This document shows positions 50,857 through 62,428 of a DNA stretch of 64,000 nucleotides, one piece after another. Where the stretch lies: contig CAVYVU010000013.1 of NCBI GenBank assembly GCA_963772095.1, forward strand, positions 39,358 through 103,357, written 5' to 3'. The notes under the pieces are model-generated. The model was not told the DNA's origin. It ran no database searches and worked only from the letters and a program-made list of their open reading frames with translations. Position 1 is the first letter of the stretch. Every line of letters begins with the position of its first letter. Source of the DNA: an uncultured Thermoleophilia bacterium (GTDB lineage Bacteria > Actinomycetota > Thermoleophilia > RBG-16-64-13). Both the position numbers and the translations under genes were made by a program.

Positions 50857-50991
50857 GTAGCATAGCTCTCCATGCGGTGTCATCGGGTAATGGTGATCAG
50901 TTCGTTTGGTTTCGTATCCGCCTACGATAGTTGCCGCAAGGTCACGGGTGGCGTACGCTGTCCTGGCAACGCGTTGCCAACGCCTCAAAGA

Positions 50992-51062
50992 GCGGCACAA
51001 CGGTTTTCGAGTTCTAGTGTGGGGGTCCAGGGCATTCCGAGGTGGTCCAGAAGACCGGCTAG
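50992..51062 (-). repeat. Diverged att-like repeat (tRNA-Ser CGA anticodon core plus island arm), copy of 63872..63942
   Basis: Ungapped alignment at offset 12880; 50 of 64 identities for 50999-51062 versus 63879-63942 by manual count, including the identical core AACGGTTTTCGA. Confidence 0.8.
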
Positions 51063-51549
51063 TAGATCGGGAATCCGACAACGACAATCCGTCTACGTCC
51101 GGCAACCGAAGGTCTCTCCTCCCTAGTCCGTTTGCCGAAGGAGGGCACCAACCCTCGTCCACTGGTTCCTCACCCCGGCGTGGATCGTCGGCGTCGCGTG
51201 GCTACCCCGCGCGAGGACTCGTCCCTCACGCCAGGCTCCTCGAGAATCGTGCCAGGGGGCTGCCCTGGAGACGAACCTGCGGCTAGGGCGCGACCTTGCC
51301 ACCGCCAGTTGGGCCTGCGCCGCCGTAGCTGCAGGAATCTCCTGCCACGATGACTGTCCAGGCTCTCTTCACGATTTCTTCTGACTCCGGTCGGTTGCCA
51401 ACACTCGAGAGCAACTGCCACAAGCTGATATCGACACAAGGCGACTCGACATTCGGACTACCAACCCGCAGGTCGGGTGTTCGCCAGATCTTCCGTGTAA
51501 CTACGCGTGCAAGCGACACTTGCGGCCAGCGGCCGGGAGCCGGCCGGCC

Positions 51550-51822
51550 TTAGCTCACCATATCCTGAGCCTTTCCCTCACAGACGTTGCGGTTGACCCA
51601 TTCCACTTGCCACTGGCTGCGCCGCGCCCCCGGGCCACGATCGCGGCAGATGCCCGCTTCCGCATCAACACAGGTACCGGGGCCAGTCCGGCGAGCGTGG
51701 CTTATGGCCGATCCCAACTCGTAGTACCAGCCGATGTTGTCCCGCTCGCCTTCGGCGTCGCCTGGGTCTATCAGCCGCCAGACGACATAGCGCACTTCCC
51801 GATGGGGTGATGAACCGTACAA
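51550..51822 (-). CDS. Hypothetical protein
   Basis: 90-aa ORF with TTG start after GGGAGAGAG; no recognisable motif. Confidence 0.3.
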   Translation of the reverse strand: MYGSSPHREVRYVVWRLIDPGDAEGERDNIGWYYELGSAISHARRTGPGTCVDAEAGICRDRGPGARRSQWQVEWVNRNVCEGKAQDMVS

Positions 51823-51998
51823 CTCTCTCCCTCATTCACCACCAGGAGACGGTCGGCGTCGTGGGCGCGCTCTCAACCGCATCGTTCCAGCGTGTTCTCC
51901 TTTAACTCTCGGCTCTTTCCATCCTGGAGGAAGAAGACGAGGTACCTATCCCTAAGGACCTTCGCCACGTATCCAAGTGATCCAGGTGGGCGGCCGCC

Positions 51999-54900
51999 TC
52001 AGCGCCACCCGGCGAAGGCGTTCTTTGCCACCAGTGTGAGGCGCGCTCTGCGCCGCTCCCCGACCGCGCCCAGCGTTATCAGGGCGCCGCCCACGATGGC
52101 CACGACCGCGACCACGCTGGGGATGGCCGAGAGATGAGACGAGGTCAGCCAGAAGGCCGCCAGCACGACTCCACCCAGCCCGCAGCCAAAGTAGAGGCGA
52201 ACGCGGAGTCCGACGCCCGATCCGACGATGGCGGCCGCAAGGCAGATAAGCCATATGGCGTGGCTTGTGCTCGAGACGCTGAGTCCCGAAGCCATCATGA
52301 GCAGCGCCGGGCCACCCAACCCGACGATCAGGGCAACGATGTCGATCGCCATCGCGACGTGACGGTATCTCTTCCTGTGCGACAGCCGCCAGGCGACCAC
52401 AGCGCACCAGACGGCCACCACCGTGAAGTAGGCCTCCGGCACGCCGACATCCGCCGCTCGCAGGAACATGAGCAGACCCGCCAGCAAGACGACGGGACCG
52501 GTGGCCAGACCCCACTTGGTGTGCGCCGAGAGCGACCACCCGGCGCAGTACGCCGCCAGGGCGCACAGGAGCACCGCGAGGCTCCAGTCGCCGCCGGAAA
52601 GCCAGGCTGGAGGCGCCGATTCGAACCCTGCGACGGCGGTCGCAACCAGCACGCTCGCCAGGGCGAGCGCCCCGGCCAGGGCGAGCGACCACGTGGCGCC
52701 CGAGCGTCGGCTGTGGCCGGCCACGGCGGACTACCGCTGGGGCGAGCATGGCGGCCGCGGCGACGATCGCGACGGCCGTGCCCGCCCACGCGCTGGCGCC
52801 GGCCCATGACTCCAGGCTGCAGACGGCGGCGAAGGCGACGAAGGCGGAGGGACCGGCGAGCACCGGCAGGCCGAGCAGCGCCGGTCCTGCGAGAGCGGCA
52901 GCCAGCGCCGCGAGCGCCAGCGTCGCCGACCAGGGCGCAGAGAACGCGCCGATGACGCCGGCCGCGGCTGCGACGGCGGCCCCCAGCGACCACCACAGGC
53001 GCCACTCCACTTTGCGGCGCAGGGCAAGCGGAGCGAGGGCCAGGACGGCGCCGGCGACGGCCGCCGCCAGCGCACCGGCCGCCTGACTCGAAGCGCTCCA
53101 GACGAACAGGCCGGCCGCGGCCGCGAGTGCGGCGGAGGCGGCCGGCAGGTAGTGCGGCCGGCCAAAACGAGCGGTCTCCGCGCACCACGCCAGCCCGGCC
53201 ATCGCCAGCACGGCGCCCGACGCGGGGCCGGGCGCGACGTGGCGCGCTGAGGGCGACGACCAGCACCAGCGCGGCGAGGAAGCCCGACGTGGCGACCCAC
53301 ATGACCTCGACGACCGGTTCGGGACAGCCGAGCAGGCGGCGGACCGGCCGCCGCAGCGTGCGACCAGATGAGACCGGCGACGAAGATCGCGGCCGCGATC
53401 CAGGCGAGATGGGTCGTCCGGATGCACCCAGCGCTCGATGACGCTGGCAAGGTGGAGGGAGAGCGCGTAGGCGACGATGGCGGGGACCGATATCGCGTGC
53501 CAGCACCGATGCGCCCGGCTCCTGCCGAACGCGGCGGCGGCCTTCCACATGCCAGCGGGCCGCCGCCGCGATCAGCCACACGACCAGCGCCAGGCCGCAA
53601 AGGACAGACAGGCTCACCGGACGCTCCAGGTTCCGCCCAGGACAACTCCACGGCAGGCACTGCGCCAGCCGCCGCTCCGGCCATGAGCAGCCAGGCCTCG
53701 GCACTGAAGACGCGGCGCAGGTCGTGCGCTCCCCTCCAGCGCGACTCCGGGCCGATGGCCGTCCGCACCCAGAGGCTCACGAACAGGCAGCAAAGGCCAA
53801 GGAGCAGATCCGTGCCGAGCACCACGGCAGCCTTGTTCCAGCCGCTCGCTCCGAAGGCGTGCACGATGACCACGGGCAGTTCGACTGCCAGCAGCGCACC
53901 GCCGGCCAGCACCCGAGCGTGGCCGCCGCGCCACCAGGCGAAGGCAAGGATGGGAAGGGCAGAGCCAAGCCCCGCGGCGGCCGTCCAATCGGGTGCATCT
54001 CGCCCCACGGCGACTAGGGCCCAGACGAGCAGCGGCACAAGGACGAAGGCGGCCGTCTCGAGGGCGAGCCTGCCGCGGATGCGGGCCCACATCTCGAAGA
54101 CGAACGAACCCACTACGGCCACGGTCCAGGCCAGTCCGAGCTGTATCAGCTCGGTGTGGTGACCGATCGGAAAGCAGGGCGGTGACGACAGCGAGCGCGG
54201 CGCAGGCGGCACCGGCGTCGGCCGGCCAGTTCGCCCACTCAGATGGCGAACGGGGTCGCTCGGCGAGGTGGGCGGCGGCGGCCGCGACGGCCAGGACGAG
54301 CAGGCCCGCCGTCGCGAGGGCAGGTCTCTGGGCCAGCGTTGCGGCGGCAACCAGACCTGCGAGCCAGAGAGGGAGCCGTCCACCAGGTCCGCGATCGTGC
54401 CTCACCACGGCGCAGCGCAGCCGGCAGCGGAAGCAGGACGAGCGCGGCGATGGCGGTCGCAAGACCGGCCGCCGCCCGGCCGCCGATCGCCCACGCCGCC
54501 AGGTAGATCGTCACGGAGGAGGCAATGGATGCGGCGGCCACGAAGACGCGCTCACGGAAGCGCCACGCCTCGAGACCCCACAAGGCCGCCGCCAGGGCAG
54601 CCAGCAGCACGTATCCCACGCCTGGGGCGGCTGAGCCGACGAGCGCGGGAGCGATGGCGAAGACGACGGAGCCGATGCTGGAGAGACCGAACATCCAGGC
54701 AGCCACCCGCGAGGACATGCGCGAGCCGACGCATGGCGAGCGTGCGGGAGTGGGACCACGCAGCCGCGAGGCCAAGCATCACGAACGAGTACCACACGTG
54801 GTCCGCGCCCGGCGCGATCCAGTGCACGGCCAGCGCGGCGGCGAACTGCGAGTAGGCGTAGCCGGCCAGACCCGTAGCGGTCAGTAGGACCACGATCGGC

Positions 54901-56589
54901 TTCGCCGACGGCTACGGCGGCCGACCGCTCGACCCTGCTGCGCACGGCCGTCGAGACCAGCCAGGCCGCCGCGGCCTCGGCCGCCAGCAGTGTGAGGGCC
55001 CCGCCGGACGGCAGTTCGCCGGCCATGAGGGGCTCGGCCACGCCCAGGGCCACGACCTGCAGCACCGATGCGCCGAAGAGGACCAGCCAGCCGCCGACGT
55101 GCATCACCCGGCATGTATTCCGCATGCCCCTCTCGAAACGGCGCAGGGCCATCCGCGGCAGCAGAGAGCCGGCCACCACAGCGAGCGTTCCTAGCGCCAG
55201 CCACGACGCGATGGCGCCGATCCAGGGGCCGGCGCCGCCGTAGCCCAGTAGCCCCGGCATGGCCGGCGCGGCCAGCAGCGTGACCAGCCCGACGACGGCA
55301 CGAAGAGTGCCCCCGCGCCATGCGCTCAGGAACAGGCAGAGCGGCGCCGGCGACGACCATCAGCACGATGGCCGGCCAGACGGGCCCCGTCGCCGGCAGA
55401 GACAGGAAGGCGACCGGCACCGGCAGGAGTGCCACCACCGACGCCTCCCGTACCCAGGCGCCGTCGACGACCTTCTGCAGTTCGAGGGCTGCGGTGGCGG
55501 TGACGGCGATCACCAGCGCCGCGATGACGGCGCTCCAGCCCGGGTCCACGAGGCCGCCGACGATGGCCGACCACCGCGGCGCCGGCGGCCAGCCCCGGAC
55601 CCGCGAGGCCGAGGAGCTGACCGATCGACTCGAGCCGCGCCGCGCCGCACACGAGGCGCGGCCAGCGTCCAAATGAGGCCCACGGTCGTCAGGATGGCGG
55701 CCCGGGCACCGAGCGGCCAGGAGAGTGCGGTGCCGAGCAACCACCACCACGCGATCTGGGCGATGGCCCCGCTGACGGCGAAGAGCTTCACGCGCAGCCA
55801 CGCGCCCATCCCCCAGTGCACGGCCGACCCGACGGCGAACAAGAGCGCCCACCACCACAGGCTGTGCAGACCAGCGGCGGAGAGCAGCAGCCACCCGTCG
55901 ACCAGGACGAGAGCGGCGCCGACGGCGAGCAGGCTGATGCCGATAACGGCCAAGCGGCGGCGCAGCCACAGGCCGCCGCCGTAGAAGGCCGCCGTCACCG
56001 CTACGAGGATGCCCAGCCGGATACCCGCCGCCAGGCTCGGCCAGGCGTAGATGGCAAAGCCGGCGGCGGCCGCGACGACCAGCAAGGCTCCGGCGAGGGC
56101 GACCCAGACGGTCCACGGCACGCTCCGCGCCGCCACGGCGATGCGCGACGGCGGACGAGGTGTCTTCGGCGGCGGGGCAGGCTGCGGTGCCGGGCGTCAG
56201 GCGTGGGAGGCGGAGGCTCGAACTTCGACCGCGTCATCGTAGGCAGGTGTGGGTCGCGCGGCCGTCTCGTCTGAGGCAGCCGCAGGTGTCGCTTCCGCTT
56301 TCTCGGAAGGCTCCAGGCCGAGCTCGCGCGCCCGATCCAGATACCGCTGAGTCAGGAGGAGGTACGCGGAACCCGGTAGCTCTCCCCTCGCCTGCGCCTG
56401 CTCCAGCGCTTCGAGGAGGTAGTCGATCTTGGCGAGCTCGTCGGTCTCGACGGCTTCGCCTTCAGAGCGGATCCTGGCGATCAGCTCCGCGCGAGCCTCT
56501 TTGCGGTTCAGCCAGCAGGCGGCACCACATTCGGGGCAACGCACGTACCGTCCCTGGACTTCGGCGCCGCACACTGGGCAGTCGATCAT
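51999..56589 (-). CDS. Very large polytopic membrane protein (zinc-ribbon N-terminus, DUF2157-like region, SCO7613-like C-terminus), heavily frameshifted
   Basis: MIDCPVCG...CPECG; VWVALAGALLVVAAAAGFAIYAW; C-terminal VPEAYFT...GGALITLGAVGERRR; hydrophobic Ala/Leu/Gly-rich segments in shifting frames across 4.6 kb. Confidence 0.7.
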
Positions 56590-56647
56590 GGAACCCCCCA
56601 CCTGGGTGAATTGGTCGTTCGGGTAGCAGCCGACCAGGGACGCGGCC

Positions 56648-58530
56648 TCACGGGGTCGATGGTGCCGGGCGCCCTTCCTTCCCCAGGAAGTTCCACAGCG
56701 CCTGCGCGGCCTCGGCTCGGGTCGCCGGCCTCCAGGGATCCCACTTACCGCCGAACCCGTAACCGACCAGCCCGTCGACCAGTCCGTTCAACTCAGCCCG
56801 GAGCATGAAGGGGGCGTGCGTAGGGTCGAAGGCACCGAGAGCACCCGAGTAGCCTTGGGGATAGCCGGTCATTGGAGGCGTCCCGAGGACCCCGGGCTTC
56901 ACCTTGTCGATCGCGCGCACAAGCAAGGTCATGAGCTGCGCTCGAGTTAGGGTCGCGTCGGGGGAAAAGGTGCGGGGTCCGGTACCCAGCGCTATCCCGC
57001 GCTCCGCCAGCGCAGCGACGTAGGCGCCGGGGAAGAGACCCGGGGTCACATCGTCAAAGGGAGCGACGGCGGAGGGATCCACCGGAATGTCGAGGGCGAG
57101 CGCCAGCATCTTGGCGAACTGTGCACGGGTCAGGGTGGCGTCGGGGCGGAAGAGGGCACCGGCAGCGGACGAATACCCGCCCACTATCTCCCGCTCTTTC
57201 AAACCCTGGATGGCGGTACGGTAGGGGTGAGTCCCCGGCACGTCCAGGAACGCGGGGGTCTTGGGAGCGGTCGGGCTGGCCAGGATGAGTTGCTGCGGAT
57301 CGTCCCAGCTATAGGGCCAGGAGTTGCCGGTGGTGAAGGCGACGTAGGTGCCGTCTGTACCGTAGCTGTCGTTGTAGCCGGCCAGTGTGTCCAGCCGGGT
57401 GACGATGTCACGGGCGCGATCGTACACGAAGAGGTAGTTCCAGTTGGTGCCGGCGTAGCGCCCGCGGAACTGGCCATGGAAGAGGAGGAGATCACCGCGA
57501 AGGACGAGGCCACCCACGTCATACCCGGTGGTGAGAATCCGCTTGGTCTGCCCGGTGGCGAGATCGCTGAGCGCCACGTAGGTCGATCCGTCGGCATAGC
57601 CTGCCCAGGCGACGGAGCTCCCATCTGCTACCAGGGACGCCCGGGCGACGACCCCTCGGGCACCGCATCCAGCGGGCGCAACTCTCCCGACTCGAGATCG
57701 TAGCTGACGAAGTGCTGCACGCCGCCCTCGCTGCTCCACTGACGCCACGCCAGCAGCATGTCTCCCGCAAGAGCGGCAAGGTTGTAGTTGCGCAGGGAGG
57801 GGATTTCCCGGGTCTCGCCGGTGGTGGCGGAATAGAGCCAGACTTCGAGATCCGGCCCCCCGGGCACGTGGGCAGGCTCGTTCGTCCAGACGACCCTTTG
57901 GGCATCGGCCACATAGTCGCCGCTGGGACCACCCGTTCCTGGCTCCCCGGCAGCTAGGGTGACCGTCTGGTTCTTGGCGATGTCGTGAAGGAGAAGGGAC
58001 ATGTCGCCGGCCATCGGGCCTTCGATGCCCACCCTGGTCGCGGACAGCCAGGTGACCATGTTGCCTTGCACGCTCAGCCGGTAGTTGAACCTGGTCTCGG
58101 CGTCGTTCGTCAGGCGCCTCGTCTCCCCGGTAGAGATGGTGTACAAGAAGACGTCGCCCCCCTCGCGTCCGGAGGAGCTGGGACTGGCGGGGCCGAGGTA
58201 GACGACATGGTCGCCGTCGATCTCAGGTGAGCTACCGTCGGGCGCGATCACCTGTCTCTGCCCGGTCGCCACGTCATAGGAGCACTATCGGAGTAGCGGC
58301 AGGAGGCCTCCCGTCCACCCACACCACGCTGCCCGTCGTCCATCCGCGCGTGCACACCCTGGCCCACGTCTTCGGAGAGCGACGTCGTCTGCCAGCCATC
58401 GACTGGTGGAGCCGCGAGCGCGACGGGGGCGAGGAGAAGAAGCGCGAGGACGGCGGTAAGGAGCGTGAGTAGAACTAGGGAACACAACTTGGACAGGTGG
58501 TGCTGCTTTGGTGGGCGGCGGTGCTCTCAT
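56648..58530 (-). CDS. Secreted beta-propeller-like repeat protein with three C-terminal SLH domains, frameshifted
   Basis: Signal peptide LLLLAPVALA; TolB-like repeats (VFLYTISTGETRRLT, VWLYSATTGETREI); SLH motifs FRPDATLTRAQF, FSPDATLTRAQL, ATRAEAA. Confidence 0.75.
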
Positions 58531-58680
58531 CGTCCCTTCCCCCTCTTGGTGAGTAGAAAGCCCACGCTGCGCTGCATCCGTAGCGCCGCTAACTCTACTA
58601 TGACACTTCATCAACATGTCCGGCAGAGGCGAGATTGTGCCCTCACCTGACAACCAGCCTGGGCTCGTCGAGATCGTGCC

Positions 58681-59883
58681 CTACTTCTTCCTCTCGTACT
58701 TGAGCCAGACCCAGACGGGGCCGTCATTGCTGGCGGCCCTGAACTGGACGGCGATGGCTTTGTTCTGGTCGATGCCCTTGATGGCGTAGATGACGTACTG
58801 CGAGTCTGGGATGGGCACACCCGTCGCGTCTGCCGCGTGCCCGGACCCAACAACGGACAAGTCGGCAGGCGTGTTGCTCGCTACCTTGACCACCTGGAAG
58901 CCGCCGGTATACATCCGCCCTTTGTAGAGGATGTCGGCGGGGATCATCACCCCGATTCGTGTGTCAAACTGATTTAGCTGGGAGGTTGTGGTGGTCTCGG
59001 CACTGGTGGTTGTTGTGCCTAGCAGGCTCGTGACGGGAATGACGAAATAGGCGAAAGCGGTGGACTCATAAGGGGACGTGGTCGCCGTACTGATACCGTA
59101 CGTCGAGGAGGTGTTGGCGCTCGAAGGTGTTGTGGTTGGTGCTACCGGCACTCCAGCGACCGCGCTTAGACCCAGTTGCTGGGAGTCCAGCTGGCGGCTC
59201 CGAGTACTGCCGGTCAGCGGCTGAAAGGCCGAGCCATCCCAGGAGTAGGCCGTACCTTCTGGGGGCAAGGCGCCTTTGTACGCATCCAGGAACATGAGTA
59301 CCAGCCCATAGATCCCCCCTGCGCCCAGCCCAGGGAGCTTGCCAGTTATGTTCTCTGCGCCCACCGCATCAATAGCCGCCAAGACGGAGTACATCGAGTA
59401 ATCGGTGATGCTCTTTGGCTCTCCGCTCGTAATCGCGGTGGTGACGAAGGCACGAACTACCTGGCCAGCTTGCCCGCCATAGCCGTCCCAGGAGACTCTT
59501 ACCTCTCTGCTGTCGGCCGTGACCGCGATGAGGAACAGGTTGACCAGAGACCCGGAAGGCGAGTAGTCCAGTAGGAGGTCCCACGCCCGAGCGCCCTCCG
59601 CGTCAAAACTGCAGGCCTTGGCGACCTGAAGCCAAGCTTCATGCAGGTTGATCTGGTCCGCCGGTCCGAGATCAAGGGCGATCTTCGCAGAGTTCTTGAT
59701 GGAGGAAGCGACAGTGGTTGAGGTCGCTGTAGAGGAGAATGAACTCACCGGCGTGGGAACGGAGGTGATCGAAGCTTCGGTCGAAGCGCTACAGGCTGCT
59801 GCGGCCAAAGTCAGCGCGATACAAAGGAAAGCCATGGCCGCAACGAGTAGTTGCCGACCGGCAGGAGACCGTGCTGTTCTCAT
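58681..59883 (-). CDS. Lipoprotein with Ser/Thr-rich linkers
   Basis: Signal peptide and lipobox LAAAAC; two globular regions separated by Thr-rich tracts. Confidence 0.75.
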   Translation of the reverse strand: MRTARSPAGRQLLVAAMAFLCIALTLAAAACSASTEASITSVPTPVSSFSSTATSTTVASSIKNSAKIALDLGPADQINLHEAWLQVAKACSFDAEGARAWDLLLDYSPSGSLVNLFLIAVTADSREVRVSWDGYGGQAGQVVRAFVTTAITSGEPKSITDYSMYSVLAAIDAVGAENITGKLPGLGAGGIYGLVLMFLDAYKGALPPEGTAYSWDGSAFQPLTGSTRSRQLDSQQLGLSAVAGVPVAPTTTPSSANTSSTYGISTATTSPYESTAFAYFVIPVTSLLGTTTTSAETTTTSQLNQFDTRIGVMIPADILYKGRMYTGGFQVVKVASNTPADLSVVGSGHAADATGVPIPDSQYVIYAIKGIDQNKAIAVQFRAASNDGPVWVWLKYERKK

Positions 59884-59955
59884 CTCGCCCCCTGGCTACC
59901 AGCCTATACAGTGGGTCCGCCCGTTTGACACGTCGGTCAGTTCGACTACCCAGAT

Positions 59956-60126
59956 CTACAGGAACCTGCTCTCAAGCTCCGCGAAGAATGCGACTGGAAG
60001 ACGCTCGAAGTCCATCTCTGTAATCCGAATAGGGTCGCCAATGCTGAGCTTGAGGACCGACTGCTCAGCGACGGTGACTTTCGCGCCGGCATCCTCTTCG
60101 AGCGAGATGGGCTCGTCTACAATCAC
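59956..60126 (-). pseudogene. Probable 3' fragment of a small hypothetical protein
   Basis: Protein-like frame VIVDEPISLEEDAG...LKLSIGDPIRITEMDFERLPVAFFAELESRFL*, with an in-frame stop upstream and no good SD. Confidence 0.35.
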
Positions 60127-60214
60127 ACTGGCATTGCGCGCAGGTTGAGGTGATGAGCGCAGATATGTGGCCGCCGCTCACGGAAGGTCCGCCCGGATCT
60201 TCCCATCGAGAGAC

Positions 60215-60592
60215 CTACTTCTTCCCTTTTGACTGGTTATAGCTTATGGCAGCACGAACGAGAGTCTTTAGCGAACCTTCGTCTATGTGATCACCTTCAG
60301 AGACATCAATAGCCCGCCACTTGTTGCCCGCCAGTCCGGCATTGAAGAGTTTGTCAGGATCACTGAGTGCCGCACCGTCATTGAAGACGAGCTTCACTCG
60401 ATTCTTGAAGATATTTCCAACACAGATAATCCCGTTGAGTGACCAGACTGGTGACCCCATCCATTTCCACTCCTCAATGATCTCAGGATCAACCTCAAGG
60501 ATGGTCTTGCGGAGCTTCGCTAGCGTGGTACCTCGCCAATCCTGATTCTGCGCGATCAAATTGTCAATTTCTTCACTAGGATTCATGACCAT
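60215..60592 (-). CDS. DUF1801 (YdhG-like) domain protein
   Basis: DWRGTTLAKLRKTI..VDPEIIEEWKW, KLVFNDGAALSDPDKLFNAGL.GNKWRAID; visibly lower GC. Confidence 0.88.
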   Translation of the reverse strand: MVMNPSEEIDNLIAQNQDWRGTTLAKLRKTILEVDPEIIEEWKWMGSPVWSLNGIICVGNIFKNRVKLVFNDGAALSDPDKLFNAGLAGNKWRAIDVSEGDHIDEGSLKTLVRAAISYNQSKGKK

Positions 60593-60984
60593 CCCCCTTT
60601 GTTTTCTGCACAATCATCCAGTGGTTGCTGTCTGGATCATCGACACTAAACCATTTGACGCCCGACCCGGGACCGTATAGGTCATCGGCAATCTGGCTAG
60701 CTCCGTCGTCCTGCAACTGGTTATGAGCGGTTCAATATCTGGTGTTGAAAGATACAGCTTCAGTGGAAACCTTGCCCTACCTCTTCCGCACTCGCGAATC
60801 TGCTTTCAAGTTTAACGCTCACCTTATTCGTGGCCTCGCATACTTGGCTAGGCAAAGCGATCCGATAAGAAAAACAAAGGCGGAAAAAGACGGCTGCCCG
60901 ATGGGCGACGCGGGTGCGCAGCACCCACGAGCTGGTACTGCAGCGGACGAGATTGCCTTTCGACTGAACCGTAAAGGAGGGACC

Positions 60985-61743
60985 ATGCGGAAGCCTGGTT
61001 CGCAGGGGAAGCAGCGGAGACCCGGGTGGTGGAATCGGCAAGAGGCGGTCACCAAACTCGTGATCGCAGGTCTCTCAGCCGTCATCGTTCTTCTCATAGT
61101 AGCTGTAGCTCTTGTCGCCACTCTTGGCAACAGCGGAGAGAGCTCGGTCGCGAACGCTTCCTCCACTACGCTCGGGAGCGTGGCTGAGACGAGCACCACT
61201 GCAACTACGACAGCGGCCGAGTCTAGTACTACAGCAACCACTACGGCGGCCGGATCGAGCACAACGGGAACCACTACGGCATCCGGGTCCAGCACCACGA
61301 CCACCACTGGGGCTCCTCAGTCCAGCACCACCACCGCCACTGCGACCTCAGATACTGCCGACCATGCCGCAGACTATCGAGCTCAGCATCCGTCGACGGA
61401 GTCCTTCACGAATTCCAACTGGGCGACTCTCGATCAGGCACCTGCGAGCCACCTGGGAGCAGCGGTCGACGTAATCGGACGGCTAACGGGTGGACCCACA
61501 ATAGACTCGGATACGGGATATCTGACGTGGCACCTGTCGATCCCGGCCGCTGGGGGTACGGAGCTGCAGGCTCTCTGCAGGACTAACGTCAACCTCGACC
61601 GGAATCTGCTGTCCGCAGGCGGCTGGGTGGAAGTTCGCGGCGTCGCCGTTGGGGCGCAGGCAGCTGACGCGAGTAACGGCGCCGCTATCTATGTCGAAAC
61701 CGTCCTGCCGGCCACGCAGCCTGCTGCCACGCCGACAACCTAA
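60985..61743 (+). CDS. Membrane-anchored extracellular protein with Ser/Thr repeat linker
   Basis: SD AAGGAGG; one TM segment; 11-aa repeats SSTTATTTAAG; C-terminal beta-rich domain. Confidence 0.75.
   Translation: MRKPGSQGKQRRPGWWNRQEAVTKLVIAGLSAVIVLLIVAVALVATLGNSGESSVANASSTTLGSVAETSTTATTTAAESSTTATTTAAGSSTTGTTTASGSSTTTTTGAPQSSTTTATATSDTADHAADYRAQHPSTESFTNSNWATLDQAPASHLGAAVDVIGRLTGGPTIDSDTGYLTWHLSIPAAGGTELQALCRTNVNLDRNLLSAGGWVEVRGVAVGAQAADASNGAAIYVETVLPATQPAATPTT
61189..61311 (+). repeat. 33-bp (11-codon) tandem coding repeat
   Basis: TSTTATTTAAE / SSTTATTTAAG / SSTTGTTTASG / SSTTTTTG. Confidence 0.75.
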
Positions 61744-61891
61744 CCGGGGAAAGCCAATCGGATGCCCATCAACCTCTCTATGAAGGGCGTGCCCGATACG
61801 GGCTAACACAACGGCTCCCCATCTCGACTTCTACATGTGTCCGGCTGTCTACTCCCAGCACCCGCTTTACACTCTGGCTCCGGTTCCTTCT

Positions 61892-62083
61892 TTACGGCTT
61901 ACCGGACCTCTTGCCCAAGCCGATCACGAAGAGCGGCAGCCCTACCACAACCAGTACGATGCCGATAATCAGGGTTGCCTGCGGTGATAGGTGGCCGTGG
62001 CTCGTAAGCGCGTAATGTCCAAGCGCGATGAGTCCGCTAACTATGAAGATGATGCCTAAACGGAGATAGTTCCTCCACGACAT
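61892..62083 (-). CDS. Small two-TM membrane protein
   Basis: 63 aa with two hydrophobic stretches flanked by basic ends. Confidence 0.6.
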   Translation of the reverse strand: MSWRNYLRLGIIFIVSGLIALGHYALTSHGHLSPQATLIIGIVLVVVGLPLFVIGLGKRSGKP

Positions 62084-62428
62084 TCTTCGCTATGCCTCCA
62101 ATAAGCTCGCCCAGAGTCGGAACTGCAGCCAGTGTCGCACACGTGCCGGAGCGGCGTCCGAAAGTCTAAAGCACCTACCGGTGGCCAATGTGTCAAGTAT
62201 GTGCCGGGACTGCAGTTCATTATCAACCTCTACCTGAGGAAGAGGGGGAGCCTTCCCGGTAACGCCCACACACGCCTGACTTCGCAGACCCGTTGTGGTC
62301 CTGGGAGAGCGGGGTCCGAGTAGAGCAGTCTCCGCGGCACCAGACTCTCGGTCCAACAAGGCACTAGACACCACCGCACTTTTGTCCGATTGTGGGACCA
62401 GTGAAACTCAGTTCTGCGGGAGGTTCTC

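Noticed and set aside
50892-50903. 12-mer GTGATCAGTTCG shared with the repeat at 32725
   Set aside because: Many 12-mer matches are expected by chance in 64 kb and there is no extension
61189-61311. CRISPR-like periodic repeats (also 36230-36340)
   Set aside because: These are in-frame coding repeats without unique spacers, and there are no cas genes
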